From assembly GCA_022605425.2 (NCBI GenBank), contig JAKIMF020000007.1, positions 620,001 through 684,000 of the forward strand: 64,000 nucleotides of DNA, written 5' to 3'. This DNA is from Hamiltosporidium tvaerminnensis FI-OER-3-3 (lineage: Eukaryota > Fungi > Microsporidia). A program made the position numbers and the translations under genes. This document shows, one piece after another, positions 10,947 through 24,986 of the stretch. Within the stretch, counting starts at the first letter, position 1, and each line of letters starts with the position of its first letter. Under the pieces are notes generated by a model. It saw only the letters and a program-made list of their open reading frames with translations. It was not told the DNA's origin and did no database searches.

Positions 10947-11555
10947 ATGACAAAAGAACACAATGAATTAATAGATAATACATTTAAACAATTACAAAAA
11001 TATGATAACATTTTAGCTTATGACTCTGAGGATGTTCATATGGAAAAGCTTAGTACATTAGTAAATGGAGAATATATATTGGTAGATTTACGTGTGTCTG
11101 AGATGTTAAAAAATAAATTTTTATCTTTTTACGATGTAAGAGAACTACCGTGTTATATTTCGTATGGAGTGAGAATTTATGATGATGATGATTTTGAGGA
11201 AAATGTGAAAAAATCGTTGGAAAACGAAGATAAATTTTTAGAAAATAAAATTAAAAATATTATTGAGACTGACAAAATTACGATATTTATTAAAGGGACT
11301 CCGCTTAGACCGGAGTGTGGTTTTACGAGACAACTTATTGAAATATTTGATGAGTTTAATTTTATTTGTGGTAAGGATTATGTTTATTTTAATATATTTA
11401 GTGATAATCGGGTTAGGGAAAGATTGAAGGTTGTTAATAAGTGGCCAACTTTTCCACAGATTTATGTTAAAGAGGAGTTTATTGGGGGATTGGATGTTTT
11501 AAAAAAGATGAAAAAAACTGGGGAATTTCAAAGGAAAATAAATTTTAATATTTAA
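10947..11555 (+). CDS. Monothiol glutaredoxin (Grx3/4-like) with an N-terminal extension
   Basis: IFIKGTP..PECGFT, WPTFPQIY and FIGGLD motifs. The start is placed at the ATG at 10947 (atcccttcagATG) rather than the TTG at 10770, which lies inside the LINE. Confidence 0.9.
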   Translation: MTKEHNELIDNTFKQLQKYDNILAYDSEDVHMEKLSTLVNGEYILVDLRVSEMLKNKFLSFYDVRELPCYISYGVRIYDDDDFEENVKKSLENEDKFLENKIKNIIETDKITIFIKGTPLRPECGFTRQLIEIFDEFNFICGKDYVYFNIFSDNRVRERLKVVNKWPTFPQIYVKEEFIGGLDVLKKMKKTGEFQRKINFNI

Positions 11556-11900
11556 AATGAATAGTGTGTAGTGTGTTAAGAAATAATAAATCTGGGAATT
11601 TTAAAGGAATAGTGTGTAGTGTGTTAAGAAATAATAAATTTTAAAATTTAAAAGGAATAGTGTGTTGTGTATTAAGAAATAATCATCTGGGAATTTGGAG
11701 AGGGAAATAAATTTTAAAATTTTAAAAAAATTATTGTCTTAAGAAATAATTTACTTAGTAATTTGGAGAGGGAAATATAAAAATGTTTCAAGGGATTTAT
11801 TGTCTTTAAAAATAATAAATCTGGGAATTTGAAGAGGGAAATAAATTTTAAAATTTAAAAGGAATTATTGTCTTAAAAAATAAAATATCCGTGGAATTTA
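11555..11900. repeat. Degenerate tandem repeats downstream of the glutaredoxin
   Basis: Recurrent gaatagtgtgtagtgtgttaagaaataataaa and ggaaataaattttaaaattt units. Confidence 0.65.
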
Positions 11901-14900
11901 AAAAAATAATTTTATGTTTAAAAGAGTTATACCTGTGGTTTACTTATTTCTTTTCTTAAATAAATATTTACAACTGATTTAAAAATCTTAATTTATATTT
12001 CTTTAAAATTTTCTGTTTTTTTATTTAAATTTTTACAACTGATTTAAAAATCTTGATTTATATTTCTTTAAAAAATTTTCTATTTTTTATTTAAATTTTT
12101 ACTTTATTTAGTAAATTAAATCATAAATATTCGGTATTTTAATTTAAATAAATTATCTAAAATAATAAAAAAATCTTTAAAAATTTACATTTATTTAAAG
12201 TTAAAAAATTTTGAAAAATAAAACTAATAAAGTATAAAGTTAAATATTAAATCAGTTAACAAATAGAGTCATGTATATGGCGTAGAAAAACAATTACTAC
12301 ATATTTATGCAAATAAAAACTAAGGTAAGTTATTGAGAGGTATGTGTTGATGGAAGAATAGAATGAAATAATCATTAATTATAAATAAACTAATGGACAG
12401 GAATTTTTATAGTCGAATTTAAATTTTTCAAAAAAAGGTATCAAAATGTAAAATTTATATATCAGTAAGGTCTGAAAAAATCTTAAGTATTCAAAGTTAG
12501 AATTATACTAAGGAATTCTTTTTATTTTTCATTTATATATTATTAATTCGAAACTACAGTTTCAAAGGAATATTAAAGTGTTGAGAGGTAAGTGAGGGAA
12601 GAAATTTATTTCAAATATTAATTCTTTTTTATTGATGCTTGTATAATTCTAAATACTTTAAATTAGTGAGAAGAACACTGGTCATCCTAAAAAACGAAGT
12701 AACTTGTTTTTTTTGCTTAAATAGCATTTGTACTAATACTAGGAGACTGCTAAGGCTTATAAATTTTTTAAAAAAAACCGCAATTTTTTTAGGCTTATAT
12801 GATTACAATGTGTGAGAATAAATGAAAATATCGAAAAAAAATTATAAACAAGTATATTTGAAGAGATTAAACTAAGTTTCTATTAAGATTTGAAAAACTT
12901 GGTGAATAAAATGCTAGGAAATTTTTTATGAATGAACATTCGATGTTGTTATTAATATTGAATTATGAGAACCTCGTTCTATCCGGCGATTTTTTTAAGT
13001 TTTAAGATTCGATCCGGGTCCGTTTTTAAAAAACTAAACAATCTGTGACTGAAATACGAAAGAGCTTGCACATAATGATGGAATAGTATATGAGATATAT
13101 ATGATATAAATCGAAATACGGACACATTAGTTAAAAATTTTGGAAAGAAACTTTGATAAAATTAATAAAAATGAGTTTATCATAGAAAGAAAGATAGTAC
13201 AAGACTAATCTGGCCCCGATTAAGTACCCTGTTCTGGTAGAACTATTACAAATCAACAGAGGCACATAAAATCTCCTAAAAAGGTTTAGATAGTGCATTT
13301 ATAATTAAAGCAGAAACCGTAAAGTTATAATTGGGGTTGTATAAAGCCAAAATAATGAGATTTTATTCAATTTTCATTTTAAGATTCTCTAGAAGGGCCC
13401 GGGCATTCTACGAGAAGGAGCTTGCCTCATTTAAAGACAAAATAAAGTAAAAATCTTAGTGCATAATATAAAATACAACAAAACGACACTTCTAAAAAAC
13501 GAAAAAATACACGGAAAGATAAGATTTAATAAAATGCCGTTCAAGCCATCATTATAGTTTTAATTTATCCGGTTCAAAGTATTACCGACATATGATTTTT
13601 CCAAAAACAGAAATAATTGAAAGTAGCGCATTCAAATTATATTTTAAAAAGAATATTAATTCAAAATTTACACTTGATCTAATATTTTAAAATATGAATT
13701 TTAATTATTTAATACTATTTGAGGAAATATTAATATAATATGCCCTTTTGTTTTCATGGTAAACGATTTATTGAATATTACTCGTGCTTATATTCCATGT
13801 TTCATGTTTATTTTTGTAAATAATCTATTTGCCATAGTTTATGATTGTAATGTAAAAATATAAATAATATATACCATAAAAGAACTCCTTAATCAGTATA
13901 AAATAGTATAAAGTATTAATTTTATTTTAAGTACATTGTATTTCTCTGTTTGCAGCCAAAGAGATTAATTTTAAAGATCAAACTATGCTTTGAGAGAATT
14001 AAGTACAACGTTCAGAAACTTATACCGATCTACACATTTCTAAGAATACATATTTATCTTGTAGAAGATCCTCATATAATTTTACAACAGAATTTTCACT
14101 TCTATTTTATCAAAAGTCATGGATAAAAATGAAGGAATTATAAGTTTGGTATATTAGTCGAATTAAATAAAAAAGGCAGTGAAATATAAGAAACCTCAAA
14201 AAAATAGGCGAAAAATCTCAAAATCTATATTTATAATTTCTTGGTAATATATCATTATAAGATGTCTGTGTATTTTTTCTTATCAATATATCAAGTATTT
14301 TATAACCGTCACCAAATTTTATCTAAATTTAGTTACTTTTTATTGAGAGTACAATTCAAAGATGATTTTTCTGAAAAAAAATCAATATTGTTTTTTTTAT
14401 AATTTTTAGTATGATTTTTTGAAGAAAATACATTTTCAAATAAAGATTCTTTAATTGTTATTCATATCGTTTAAAATTATAAATCAAAGCAAAATATATT
14501 CTAAAATTAATAATTAAAATTTTACTTCGGTTTTTAATTCATATTTTGTTATAGGCGTATATTAATAATTCAGAAAACTGATTGTAAATCTTATTAGGTT
14601 ATATCAGAATTTCTATATTTACTAGAAAGGTATATTGATGGTTTTTCTGCAAATATTCTCTTCATATCATTTTCTTGACATCTTTTACGATTTATGTAAG
14701 TTACTTTGAATCTTGAGAAAAAGTTAAAGCAAAAAATCAAGAACAAATGTGATTTTTTTATTAGAAAAATGATAGTAGATTAGGTCATATTTTATAATTT
14801 AAGATAAAAAGCAGAATTGAACTTAAAACGATTTTATTCTATAATTTAATCGAAATAAATGCAAAATAAAAAATTAAAGCTATTCCATAACTAAACTTAG

Positions 14901-15149
14901 TTTTTTTCTTGCTTTCTAAGTTCACATTTTTAATTATCAAAGCGTATATCTTGAAAAAAAGTGATTAAAAATGTTTAAAGTATTTATTTTACCTGTAAAT
15001 GTGCAAAGTAAAGTTAAAATTACTTTATAGTCTTTTCAAAACCATATCTAAATTAAAAATATCTAATACCTTAAAAATGACTCATTCAGGTTCGAAAAGA
15101 TATTGAACTTCTAATATCTAAGAATTATTATATCTTAAAATAGCAAAAG

Positions 15150-16300
15150 TCAATATAGAAATTATGGACGGATGAAAGCAGTAAATAAAGTCTTTTTTGC
15201 GATGCTTTGCTTTATTAAATTAAACGAAATATGTAAGGATTCTAAGCTGAATACATATAGAACATACGACTGGTTGTAATGTATGGATCTGAGATTTGTG
15301 TTTTGAAAAAAAAGATAAAATAATTTTAGACATATGGAATGAAGTATAGACTACAAAATAAATGGCTCGCAAACTATGAGCAAAAATGCGACTTAATCAA
15401 GAATTTTATAAGCAATATCTTGACTAACATTTGGTAACTGAAATACAAAGAAGAAAATTAAGATGTCTAAGAAATGTGATACGAGTGTCTGGTAATCGAG
15501 AGACAAGGCAATTTTGTATATATAAACCCAATATGGAAAACAACAAAAGCAAGATCACAGAAATGCTGAGTTTATGCTGTAAAACGATCTTAGAATGCTT
15601 AATGTCATGATTGGAAAAAAAATGCGCAAGATAGGAAGAACGGAGAGAAATTATTAAGGAGTACAAGCTCAATGAAAACTTTAGCGCCACTTAGCTGTAG
15701 AAATCAAGCTTAAAATACATTCGAAAGTATTCTTAAACACATTGAAGCTAAACAATCAAGAATATAAGCCGTATAATTATAATAGCAAATCTTCTGTATT
15801 ATTGCAAAAAAAATTCGATACATGGTTCACATATTCAAAATCTCCACAAGCCGAAGAAGAGAAAAAACCAGTGTACAAAATATCACAGAGCTCGAGTGCT
15901 TTGAAAGATTAAGAATTCTGGTTTAGCAAGATAGTGTAATACATTATGTTGATGAAAATAACGAATATGTGTTCTACTTAGTAATACAAGAAAAGACAAT
16001 AGAGATGATATTCTTAATGAGCGAACACAAATTACAAATTTTGAAGTAGAAATATTAAAAAAGATAATCTATAAAAGGAAAAAATTTTAACCTGACCAAT
16101 AGAAAAATACACATCAAGGCTCATAACAGAAGGAAAGATCCGTGAACGGCTTCAAATCAAAAGCTCGATTGTTACTTCCTGCAATGGACATTTCTATTCC
16201 CGGGAACGATCTGGAATATAAGATTCCTACATCATGATAAATGGACAATCATTTCAATAATCTAAAGCCAATCACAATAATTAAAAATTACAAAAAAATA
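15150..16300 (+). mobile_element. Possible highly degraded LINE (R4-like pre-RT region) relic
   Basis: A-rich coding-like stretch with remnants such as EIIKEYKLNE and EFW resembling the pre-RT region of the element at 7076-10879; many stops. Confidence 0.3.
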
Positions 16301-18329
16301 AAGAAAGCCAATAAAAAGGTTGAAACGAATGAGTAAATATGGCTCGGACTTAATAAATCGAACAATTATTGAATTTTTCTAATGCTTCTGATACAATATT
16401 AATTTCTAATATATTCTTTAAAGTAAAAAATTTTATAGAAAAAAATGAAGAAGTGAAATTGCAATTAGTAAAAATCGGCTTTATGTTTCTAATGAGAATT
16501 AAGCTGAGAAAAATCTCTTGGTGTAGGTTAAAAAACCAAAAATTTTATGCTAAATTGCCTTATAAATAAAACACAAAACACATTTCTAGTTTCCACATAC
16601 AGCCTTTTTACCTACCAAAAATATTTTTAAAGGAGATTTTTCTAGATTTCAAAAATATTCCGAATTTAAAACATTTGCAAGTCGATTATTCTCGTAAAAA
16701 GTTAAAAATAATTCATAAAATAACCTTAAATATATAACTGTCACCCAAAGAAATGTGTTTTATTTATTTTTGTAAAACATTAAGAAATAATCTAAATTTT
16801 CTTTTAAAATAGAACGCAAAGTTATATATTATAACAAGAAATAAACTGTTCTCAATACTCTTGATCAGTTAGGAAAACGTGTGAAAATGGGTGAAAATAT
16901 TATTTTATTAAAAGAGTAACTGAACTTATTTACTCTTGTCCTTAATATATATTTTTCCTAAAAATAGAGTAGGAATATTTATGTAAACATTAAATATTTT
17001 GCCATAAAGAGTGATTGCTTTGTATTATCACTTCAATTTAAATAAAAGCATTATATTATTTGTAAATTTACTTGTTATGTCATACGAACGAAAACTTTTA
17101 GAATAAAAAAAATCAATATTTAACGTATAAATAATTTAAGAATTTTGATTTATTATTAATAACCAAATTAAACTGATATATTTCATATTGTAACAATATA
17201 AATGCTTCACTACATAGAAATAAGAGAAATTATACGCAATTTTATAGATCTTTTTATAAAAAATATCTGAAATAAGGAATAATTTACTAATATAAATTCT
17301 GTGCTTTTATATGTATTAAAGATGACGAAATATAGATTTTGGGCATCATTTAAATTTATAACAACACTTTCCGCCTTTCCTATTATTGAAAGTGACATTT
17401 ATAGAATAAAATTTAGGTTGCAAAAAAATTCTAAATATTATATTTAAAAATCAACTGAATTTTTATGAGATAATACGAATTAATAAGGCACCGTCTAACC
17501 AATAAGGAAATGGTTCATATTAAGATTATATTTTTAGATTTTATTAACAAATGGAAAGTAAAAAGTAAAGGTATGAGACTAATAAAATATAAACAGGTTT
17601 TTTCTTGATTGTTGATACAACATTGATTAGATAATATTAAATGCAATAATAGATTATCTTTAATACTTGTATTTAAGAATGTGAATGTGTAAGCAAAAAT
17701 AATATTCTTTTCTTACAGAATCAGGTACTTAGAGACGATATATGCATTATAAATTTATGAAGCTGTAGAATATTTTTTCTCTGTAGATTTTGCCGTTCTG
17801 AAAACAATATATAAATATATTTTTGTAAATATAATAGCAATTAATCTTGTGTCATCGGCATAAAATGTACATTAATGAATATTTGTTAGAAGAAACCACA
17901 TTTTCTATATTGGATGTTAAGTTCGTTTGATTCAAACTAAAAAAAGTATTTTTTGCGTGTATTAGAAAAACACGATTAGTTGCATTTAAATTAATAACAA
18001 AGACTAGGTAAAATAAAAATAATCGAGATTTAGAATGAAAAAGTGGATATTCACACTTGAATAGAGAAAAGACTTCTAGATTTCACGAAGAAATGAAATG
18101 AAAGGTTTCTATTTAATCGTTTTTCATGTTTTTTTTGGCGTTGCTTATCGTTTTTTCAATCAGCTTTCAGCTCCATTACAAGCCAAAAAATCAAATAACA
18201 TATGGTGTAATGTTTTAAATGATTAAATGATTAAATAATGGTATTAAAAACGCAGATTTAAAAATAACAGGCTTTTCAAAAAATTGTTCTGCGGTTTTTT
18301 AATACACCACACATACGAAGCAAAGCTTA

Positions 18330-18556
18330 CATACCGACTTACATATTCCTGTTCTCTTTTGCCTCTCGGTGTGAATCTGTACAAATGAATATTTTCTATT
18401 TGTTTCTTTTAATTGGTTATAACTCAAGATTATAGAGGATTGGTCCTATAGATCCAGCTTGGTTTAAATTCCACCAACATTTCAACAATGATTTTCAAAC
18501 AATTATAGACATTCATTGCCATGCAGAAGGTTTTTAATGTGGTTATCTCCCTCCAC
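18330..18556 (-). mobile_element. Old 5' fragment of the 730-bp retroposon
   Basis: cattcattgccatgcagaaggtttttaatgtggttatctccctccac aligns with the 5' end of copy A. Confidence 0.75.
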
Positions 18557-18743
18557 ATACGAAGAAAAGTAATTAACAAAGAGAATTTCAAGAATCGAAT
18601 CTAAAAATCTTTCATTTTATCTATATATTCTAAAATTATATAAGATTCAAAAAATGATCTTGTTTATTCTAGATTGTCTTCTGAGATTTTTCTATTTCTT
18701 ATTTGTCAAACATAAGGAGATACTCCTATAATTTATTCAACAG

Positions 18744-20971
18744 ATGCGATTATTATTCTTAATAAAACTTACATTTACATTTTCTCAAGAATTTACATTT
18801 GTGTTTGCAAAAAGAAAATTGAACAACATAAAGTGTTTGAAAATAGAAGAGTCGATCGGTTTATTTGATGGATTGCAAAATTTTAAAGATATTCTGAATA
18901 CTGAGATTAAAACTAATTTTTCGTATATAGATGAAAATTCTTTGAAAAGATTTATATTTCGAAAGTTGATATTCCAAGATATATAATTCTATCATCCGGT
19001 TTTTTTGGTGCGTATCTCGACTCTCCTCTCAATAAAAAACCTATCTATCTCACAAATGTTATATCACTAAAAGGATTTGACGCATTTATATTTTTTATTC
19101 AGTGTCATTCTTTAGAGGTTTATATTCTTACTCAAAATATATTTCATGAAATATTTATATGTTTAGATTATTTGCAGATACATGAGACATTGAAAAATTC
19201 ATATTTCTATGTTAATTTAATACGGTCTCTTGTTGCAAGCAAAATAAATTTTGATACGAGAGAAATTGAAAATCTTTTTCTTTCACTTCCTAATAATTTT
19301 CTCATACAAAATTTTTTGATATTATTTTCTTATCTAATCAGTTCGATCAATGCCTATAATCCAATAAATGATATCGATTGCGAAAACTTTAAATTGAATA
19401 GTATAAAGATTTAAGAAAATCAAAGCACTAAGAACAAAACAATTGTTTTAAAAGATCATGATATAGTTTCTATCATGAAAAACGTGGAAAATATTTGGTA
19501 TAGAAATATATTTAGACAATTTATCTGTCAGCTATTATCTGTACAGATAAAAATTTATATAATGGATTTTCATCTTTATAAAATATCAAAATTAAAATTG
19601 TTTTCTGATTTATTTAAAGTTAAAGAATTGCATATAGAAGGATACTATTCATATATATTTGCTTCATACTTGTTAAATGGACTGTGTAAAAATACTTTAT
19701 CCACGTTTTTTTTATGTGGATCAAGAATAACAGAATGTATATCTTTGAATATTAGCAAGCTCAAAAAATTACGGTGTTTTTTTTAATTTCATGTACTGAA
19801 ATATGTTTGAGTTCAATAATGAGGATTGAAAATCAGAATTCACTTTGTTTAAAACGTCTTGATTTTTCACGTACAAATATCACAGAAAAAGAAATAAGGC
19901 AAATATTTTATTTACACTCAGTTGAAAGAATCGAAATGTGTGGATCAAATATAAACCAAGGAATAATAAGTTTGTTAAGAGATTGTAACTTTAAATCATC
20001 CCTTAGGTATCTTAATTTGGCTAATAATATTTAGAATGGCGAAGATATTTCAGTTATTTTTTCATTTCCAAACTTATATCATTTAGACATTACGGGTTGT
20101 AGATTAACAAATTCTCAGGATTAAACCATATATTATAGATTGTCGAAATTTAAAGGTTTTTTATATGACTTATGTAAACCTCAACAAAAATATTTTGAAA
20201 ACGCTAAATTATTTCCTATCACTTGAAATTTTAAGTATGTATTTGGTGGTTTATAATGGTGTGATTTTTGATGAAGTAAATACTTCTTTAATTGCTCAAA
20301 CCTTAATAGAATTAGATTTTGGTCAAAAATATCTGACATTATCCGACATTCAAAAAATATCACAACTGAAAAATTTGAAAAAATTAAATTTGAAACGTAC
20401 AATATATCATAACTGTAAAAATGAAATGTATGAAAACCTTGATTTACCTGATAATTTGGAAGTTTTAGAGTTAGAAGAAAACGATTTGAAAGATGGAAAA
20501 TTATTCAATTTTCAAAATTTGAAATGTCTCAAGGTGTTGAATATATCATTATGCAATTTAAATTCTTTAGAATTTTTGAAAAAAATCCTTTTTTTATTTG
20601 AAAAGCTAGAAAAGCTATCAGTAGCGAAAAATACCTTGTCGTTAACGGATTTGAATTTACTTGGAAAATTTCAAATATTGAATAACCTTAATTTATCTAA
20701 CACTAGGTTAAAAAATTGTGGAATATCCATTTTAATAAATTCTTTGGTATCGAATACACTCGAACATTTTGATTTCGACGAAAATGAATTGTCCTATAGT
20801 GATTTTCTAGCTCAAAAATCGTTTAAAAGATTGAAATATATTAGATTATTTGGTTGTAAGATGCCATTCCGACATTTTACTGATAACGATATTTTATTTT
20901 TAAAGAATACATGTTCTATTGAGTATAAAAATATATCCTATAAAAATGGTTATATAATTTTTCCAAGGTAA
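18744..20971 (+). pseudogene. Signal-peptide leucine-rich-repeat protein, fragmented by frameshifts and stops
   Basis: Five consecutive same-strand ORFs; hydrophobic N-terminus MRLLFLIKLTFTFS; LxxLxLxxN repeats (LKKLNLKRT, LEVLELEEN, LKVLNISLC, LEKLSVAKN). Confidence 0.75.
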
Positions 20972-21899
20972 AATGATATTATCTAAATAAAAGCAATTGC
21001 CAATTTTATATTTATTTCAAATTTTATTCTGTCTAATCGCACTATATTTAAACCAATTTTCGTTTGATATGTGTAGCTTAAATATTAATTTCTTTATTAT
21101 GTCCACCTTCCGAATTTCCCTTCAATTTAAGCATATAATAATTTTTACGCAAAATTTTAATCAATCTATATTCTAAGGCCTAAAATAGACGAAGTTTTTT
21201 CGGTTTTAGTTATTGAAAAACCAAAATATTTTTACAAAAAAATATTAAATTCTCATAGTTCATTTACGTTGTTATTTTAAACAATTTCCGGATAAATTCA
21301 TTGGAATTATTCTCTTTAATTATTAAAAAAACATATGAAACTCGAAGCTTAAATTTTGCTTATTATCAGAGTAAATCTTTATTTAATTTAAATTATGTGA
21401 TACCGAAAAATTATAAAATTAAAGCAAGAATGTTTCAATGCTTCTTATATAAATTTTTATAAAATTGCTTCAAATTTAAGTCAAAAATAAAACATGGTAT
21501 TAAAAGTATAATGAAATGAAATGGATACAATCGCATGTAAAAATATCAATATGAAAATACATTTAATGTAAGAATTTATTGTAATTTTCTTATTTAGTTT
21601 ATAGTATTTCGGATAATGTACACTAAATACTATGAATTTTTGTAATTTATTCGAAAAAAATTTGTTTTAACATGCTGTTGGACTGTTTTACATATTTTTT
21701 AATATATCTTAAACCAATTTTATTTCTTCTTGTATTTCGACTCTTTAATTAAATTTATTGTTGATTTCTATACTGTGGCTACGCCATCTAAAATTAAACT
21801 TAGTATTTTTTTGTATTAAATTGTATAAAACTATGTTCCTCGTGATTCAAATGCTGTAAAGAAGCTTCATTTGTACTGCATCTCAGTCTCAATAACATT

Positions 21900-23300
21900 T
21901 AATAGGGTCTCTCCTTATCACTCTTCCGCGTTTAGTATAAACCAGCTCCTCTTTATTGATACACAATAAAGTCAAGGATATTCTCCTTAAGTATTAAAAA
22001 TATATGTATTTCCTCTGTTTTTATGGGTATTTAAAGTATTCTGATATATTTCTTGTAGTGATTTGTCCCAAATTCACCTCAAGTATCCAATAAACGATTA
22101 CCTCAAGATTTCTATTAAAATAAGACCCAACTCATTAGCCAATTAGTCATAGTTTCTAATTTTAAGTTTCAATTATTTAAGTGATTCTGTGAGGTGATTC
22201 TTGCTTCAATGATAATTATAATTTTCTTTTGTATAAAATAAATATATCGGGTCTACTATTCTGAATCTTGGCATCAGTGTTTAGTAAGGTGTTCACTCTT
22301 ATCTCTGCATACTCTTGGTAATTATTTTTTAAAATGAGTTGCTCCTCATTTGGTTGTAATGCTTACTCTATATCTATTTAGTAGGGGTAAGTGTATGCAT
22401 CGTATCACTTGATTATTTTGTCTAGTATATTCATGAAAAGGTATTTCTAACATCGAATTGACGAAAATATCTACCGTATTTCCAGACCAATGCTAAGGTG
22501 ACACACTATGTCTTCGTACCAGAATAAATGTATATCCTATATTCTTGTAAAACCACTTTCTTACGAAGGGCCTTGTATTTCTTATATTTAGCTATTCCAG
22601 AATAGCCGTTGACACACGACCACATTTTTTCTTGTATTATATAACTTATAATGTAATTTTATTGTTCTGCTTTGTTATAACGTTTAGCTGAATGATATTT
22701 CTCTAGTTTATTATTATTAAGTTTCTCTGCTACTTCGTATAAAGATTTTAGGAACTTGTTTAATAGTACATAATAAGCTTAATTATTAGTATAAAGTTTT
22801 AAGATTCATGCTTTCCTGATTAATGTTTTTGTAGATGTTTCCAGAATCCAAGAGTTGCGGAATAATACATACGCTTTTGGCCTCAACACTATGCAACTCA
22901 CTCCATAATTCCTTAAAGAATCATATAAAAGTTGTTTACATCATATGCGTAGTTGTTGTTCTTTACAACAGTGCATGCATTTATTAGGTAACATTGAGCA
23001 GTTGCTAACTCTAATTCAAAGTACTCCTAGATGATGATTTTTTTAGAATATTGTATCTTTATTGATTGATATAAATATATTTCTTGCATTGAATCTCGTG
23101 CGACAAAGTCTTTCTACTCGTGCCAAGTGAAGTCTATATGTCCTCAAATGACTTAGGCTTTGCTATTTCTTTGTGATGGTCTATCATTCCAAGGTATTAG
23201 TTCCTTAATTTCTTTAAGAAGAGTAGAAGTATATTTACATCACGAATCATTCTTGGCCATTTCTCTATATATATTTCTAATTACATTTTTACATAAACAT
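21900..23300 (-). mobile_element. Degenerate copy of an R4-like LINE (RT C-terminus to RLE)
   Basis: Colinear nucleotide similarity to ~7400-8750, e.g. taagacccaactcatt, cactcttatctctgc and gacaaagtcttt; no intact ORF. Confidence 0.8.
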
Positions 23301-23321
23301 TTTCACCTCCTACATCTGCAT

Positions 23322-23403
23322 ACTTTATTTAAAAGTATTAGATGTTTTTAAATCAGAGGCAAGTGTTACATTGTTTTCATGAGATCATGGGGTCCTATGT
23401 TTA
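23322..23403 (-). mobile_element. Diverged 3'-terminal fragment of the 730-bp retroposon
   Basis: actttatttaaaagtattagatg...ggcaagtgttacattgttttcatga matches 1605-1690. Confidence 0.75.
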
Positions 23404-24146
23404 CCCTACACTTTCAAAATGAAGGGTAATAAATATAAATTTGTTCTTTTAATGTTTAGATTACTGCTGTATTTTTTTGCAATTAATTTCTCATTTAAGC
23501 CATAGAGACTGTTTTTAATTTGATACCGTATTAAATTCAGAAAAAAAATCACATCTTTTTCGAATGTTCGGGATTTTACGGTAGAATATATGAAATAGCA
23601 TATAATATAACAAGAGCGGTAGAAATCTCTAAAATTCAAGAAATATATGAAATATTGTATAAGAAGCAACAAATGAGAACTAAATGACATAGGAAGAGCA
23701 AGTTCTTTATGAATAGCGAGACTAAGTACAAATTTTCCTGAAGCAATTATCATAATTTAAAGAATAAACACATTAAACAAATTCATATCAAACAATAAAT
23801 ATATTTTTTAAATCTAACCTGAGAAAAAAAATGTCATTCACATATTTCTTAACACATTAGGACAAAAATTACATTAATTTTAGAAAAACACAACTTAACA
23901 AACCCTAAATAATTCAACAACATATTTTTTATACTTCTTTATTTAATCTCAATATTATTCATTACTCTCTCTAATACCGACACATTACCATATAATCACA
24001 CAATCTCAAGAATCTTATAATCGAAAACTATAATGATCTCGTTATATAAATATCAGAATAACACAATTATATTCCATTATCTATATATCTAGTTGATTTA
24101 TCTTATTATCCAAGACAGTTTAAAGGGGATTGCCTAGCCCCAATAC

Positions 24147-24986
24147 TTAGACAACAAAGTCCTTATCATTTTCCAACAAATTATCTTCAATAAAATATTT
24201 TTTAGGATATTTCAATACTAAAATATTTACTTTGTTGTTTAAAATGTAATACCATTCCAGTATATTCATATAAAAATTTATTGCGACATTCTTTAAGGTA
24301 TTTAGCGAGAATATATTTGATAGAATCTTTAATATTTTCGATTTTAATATCACGAATAGAATCTTCTTTAATATTTCCCATTTAAATATCTCTAATAAAG
24401 TCATTAATATTTCTGATCTGCATATCTCAAATAGAGTCTTCTTTATTATTTTCCATGCTAATATCTCTAGTATAATCTTTTTTACTATATTTAAATTGTA
24501 TATCTCTAGTAGAGTCTTCTTCACTGTATTCAAATTGTATATCTCTGATAGTGTCTTTAATATTTTAGATTCGAATATCTCAAACAATGTCTTCTTTAAT
24601 ATTTTCATTGAAATAATGATTAATAAATTATCCAAGATATTCTTCGATACTTTCAACAATAATTTCTCATATAATTCTTTTCTAAACACATTCTCCAATA
24701 TATTCTTCAATATATTCTTATATATAATCTCCAATATATTCTTCAATATTTCATTTGTATTAACAATTCCATTTTTAAAGATCTTCTGTAATGACCTATA
24801 AGTATAATTAAAAGAAATTATAAAAAATACATTTGAAATAATCAATAAAGAATCATTAAGGAAATCAATCACTAGATTATATGATAATCTCATTGTTCTT
24901 GTACCACCTAGAATTGTGTAATAATATATATTGAGTAGAATAGAATATGAAAAGATGAGAAGAAGTATGAATTGTAATGTTTTCAT
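24147..24986 (-). CDS. Hypothetical membrane/secreted protein with ~12-13 aa amphipathic repeats (ILKKTLFEI-like)
   Basis: 279-aa ATG-started ORF with two N-terminal hydrophobic segments and tandem helical repeats. No family recognised. Confidence 0.5.
   Translation of the reverse strand: MKTLQFILLLIFSYSILLNIYYYTILGGTRTMRLSYNLVIDFLNDSLLIISNVFFIISFNYTYRSLQKIFKNGIVNTNEILKNILEIIYKNILKNILENVFRKELYEKLLLKVSKNILDNLLIIISMKILKKTLFEIFESKILKTLSEIYNLNTVKKTLLEIYNLNIVKKIILEILAWKIIKKTLFEICRSEILMTLLEIFKWEILKKILFVILKSKILKILSNIFSLNTLKNVAINFYMNILEWYYILNNKVNILVLKYPKKYFIEDNLLENDKDFVV

Noticed and set aside
12300-15100. Long ORF-free region
   Set aside because: No repeat, RNA gene or protein motif could be supported.
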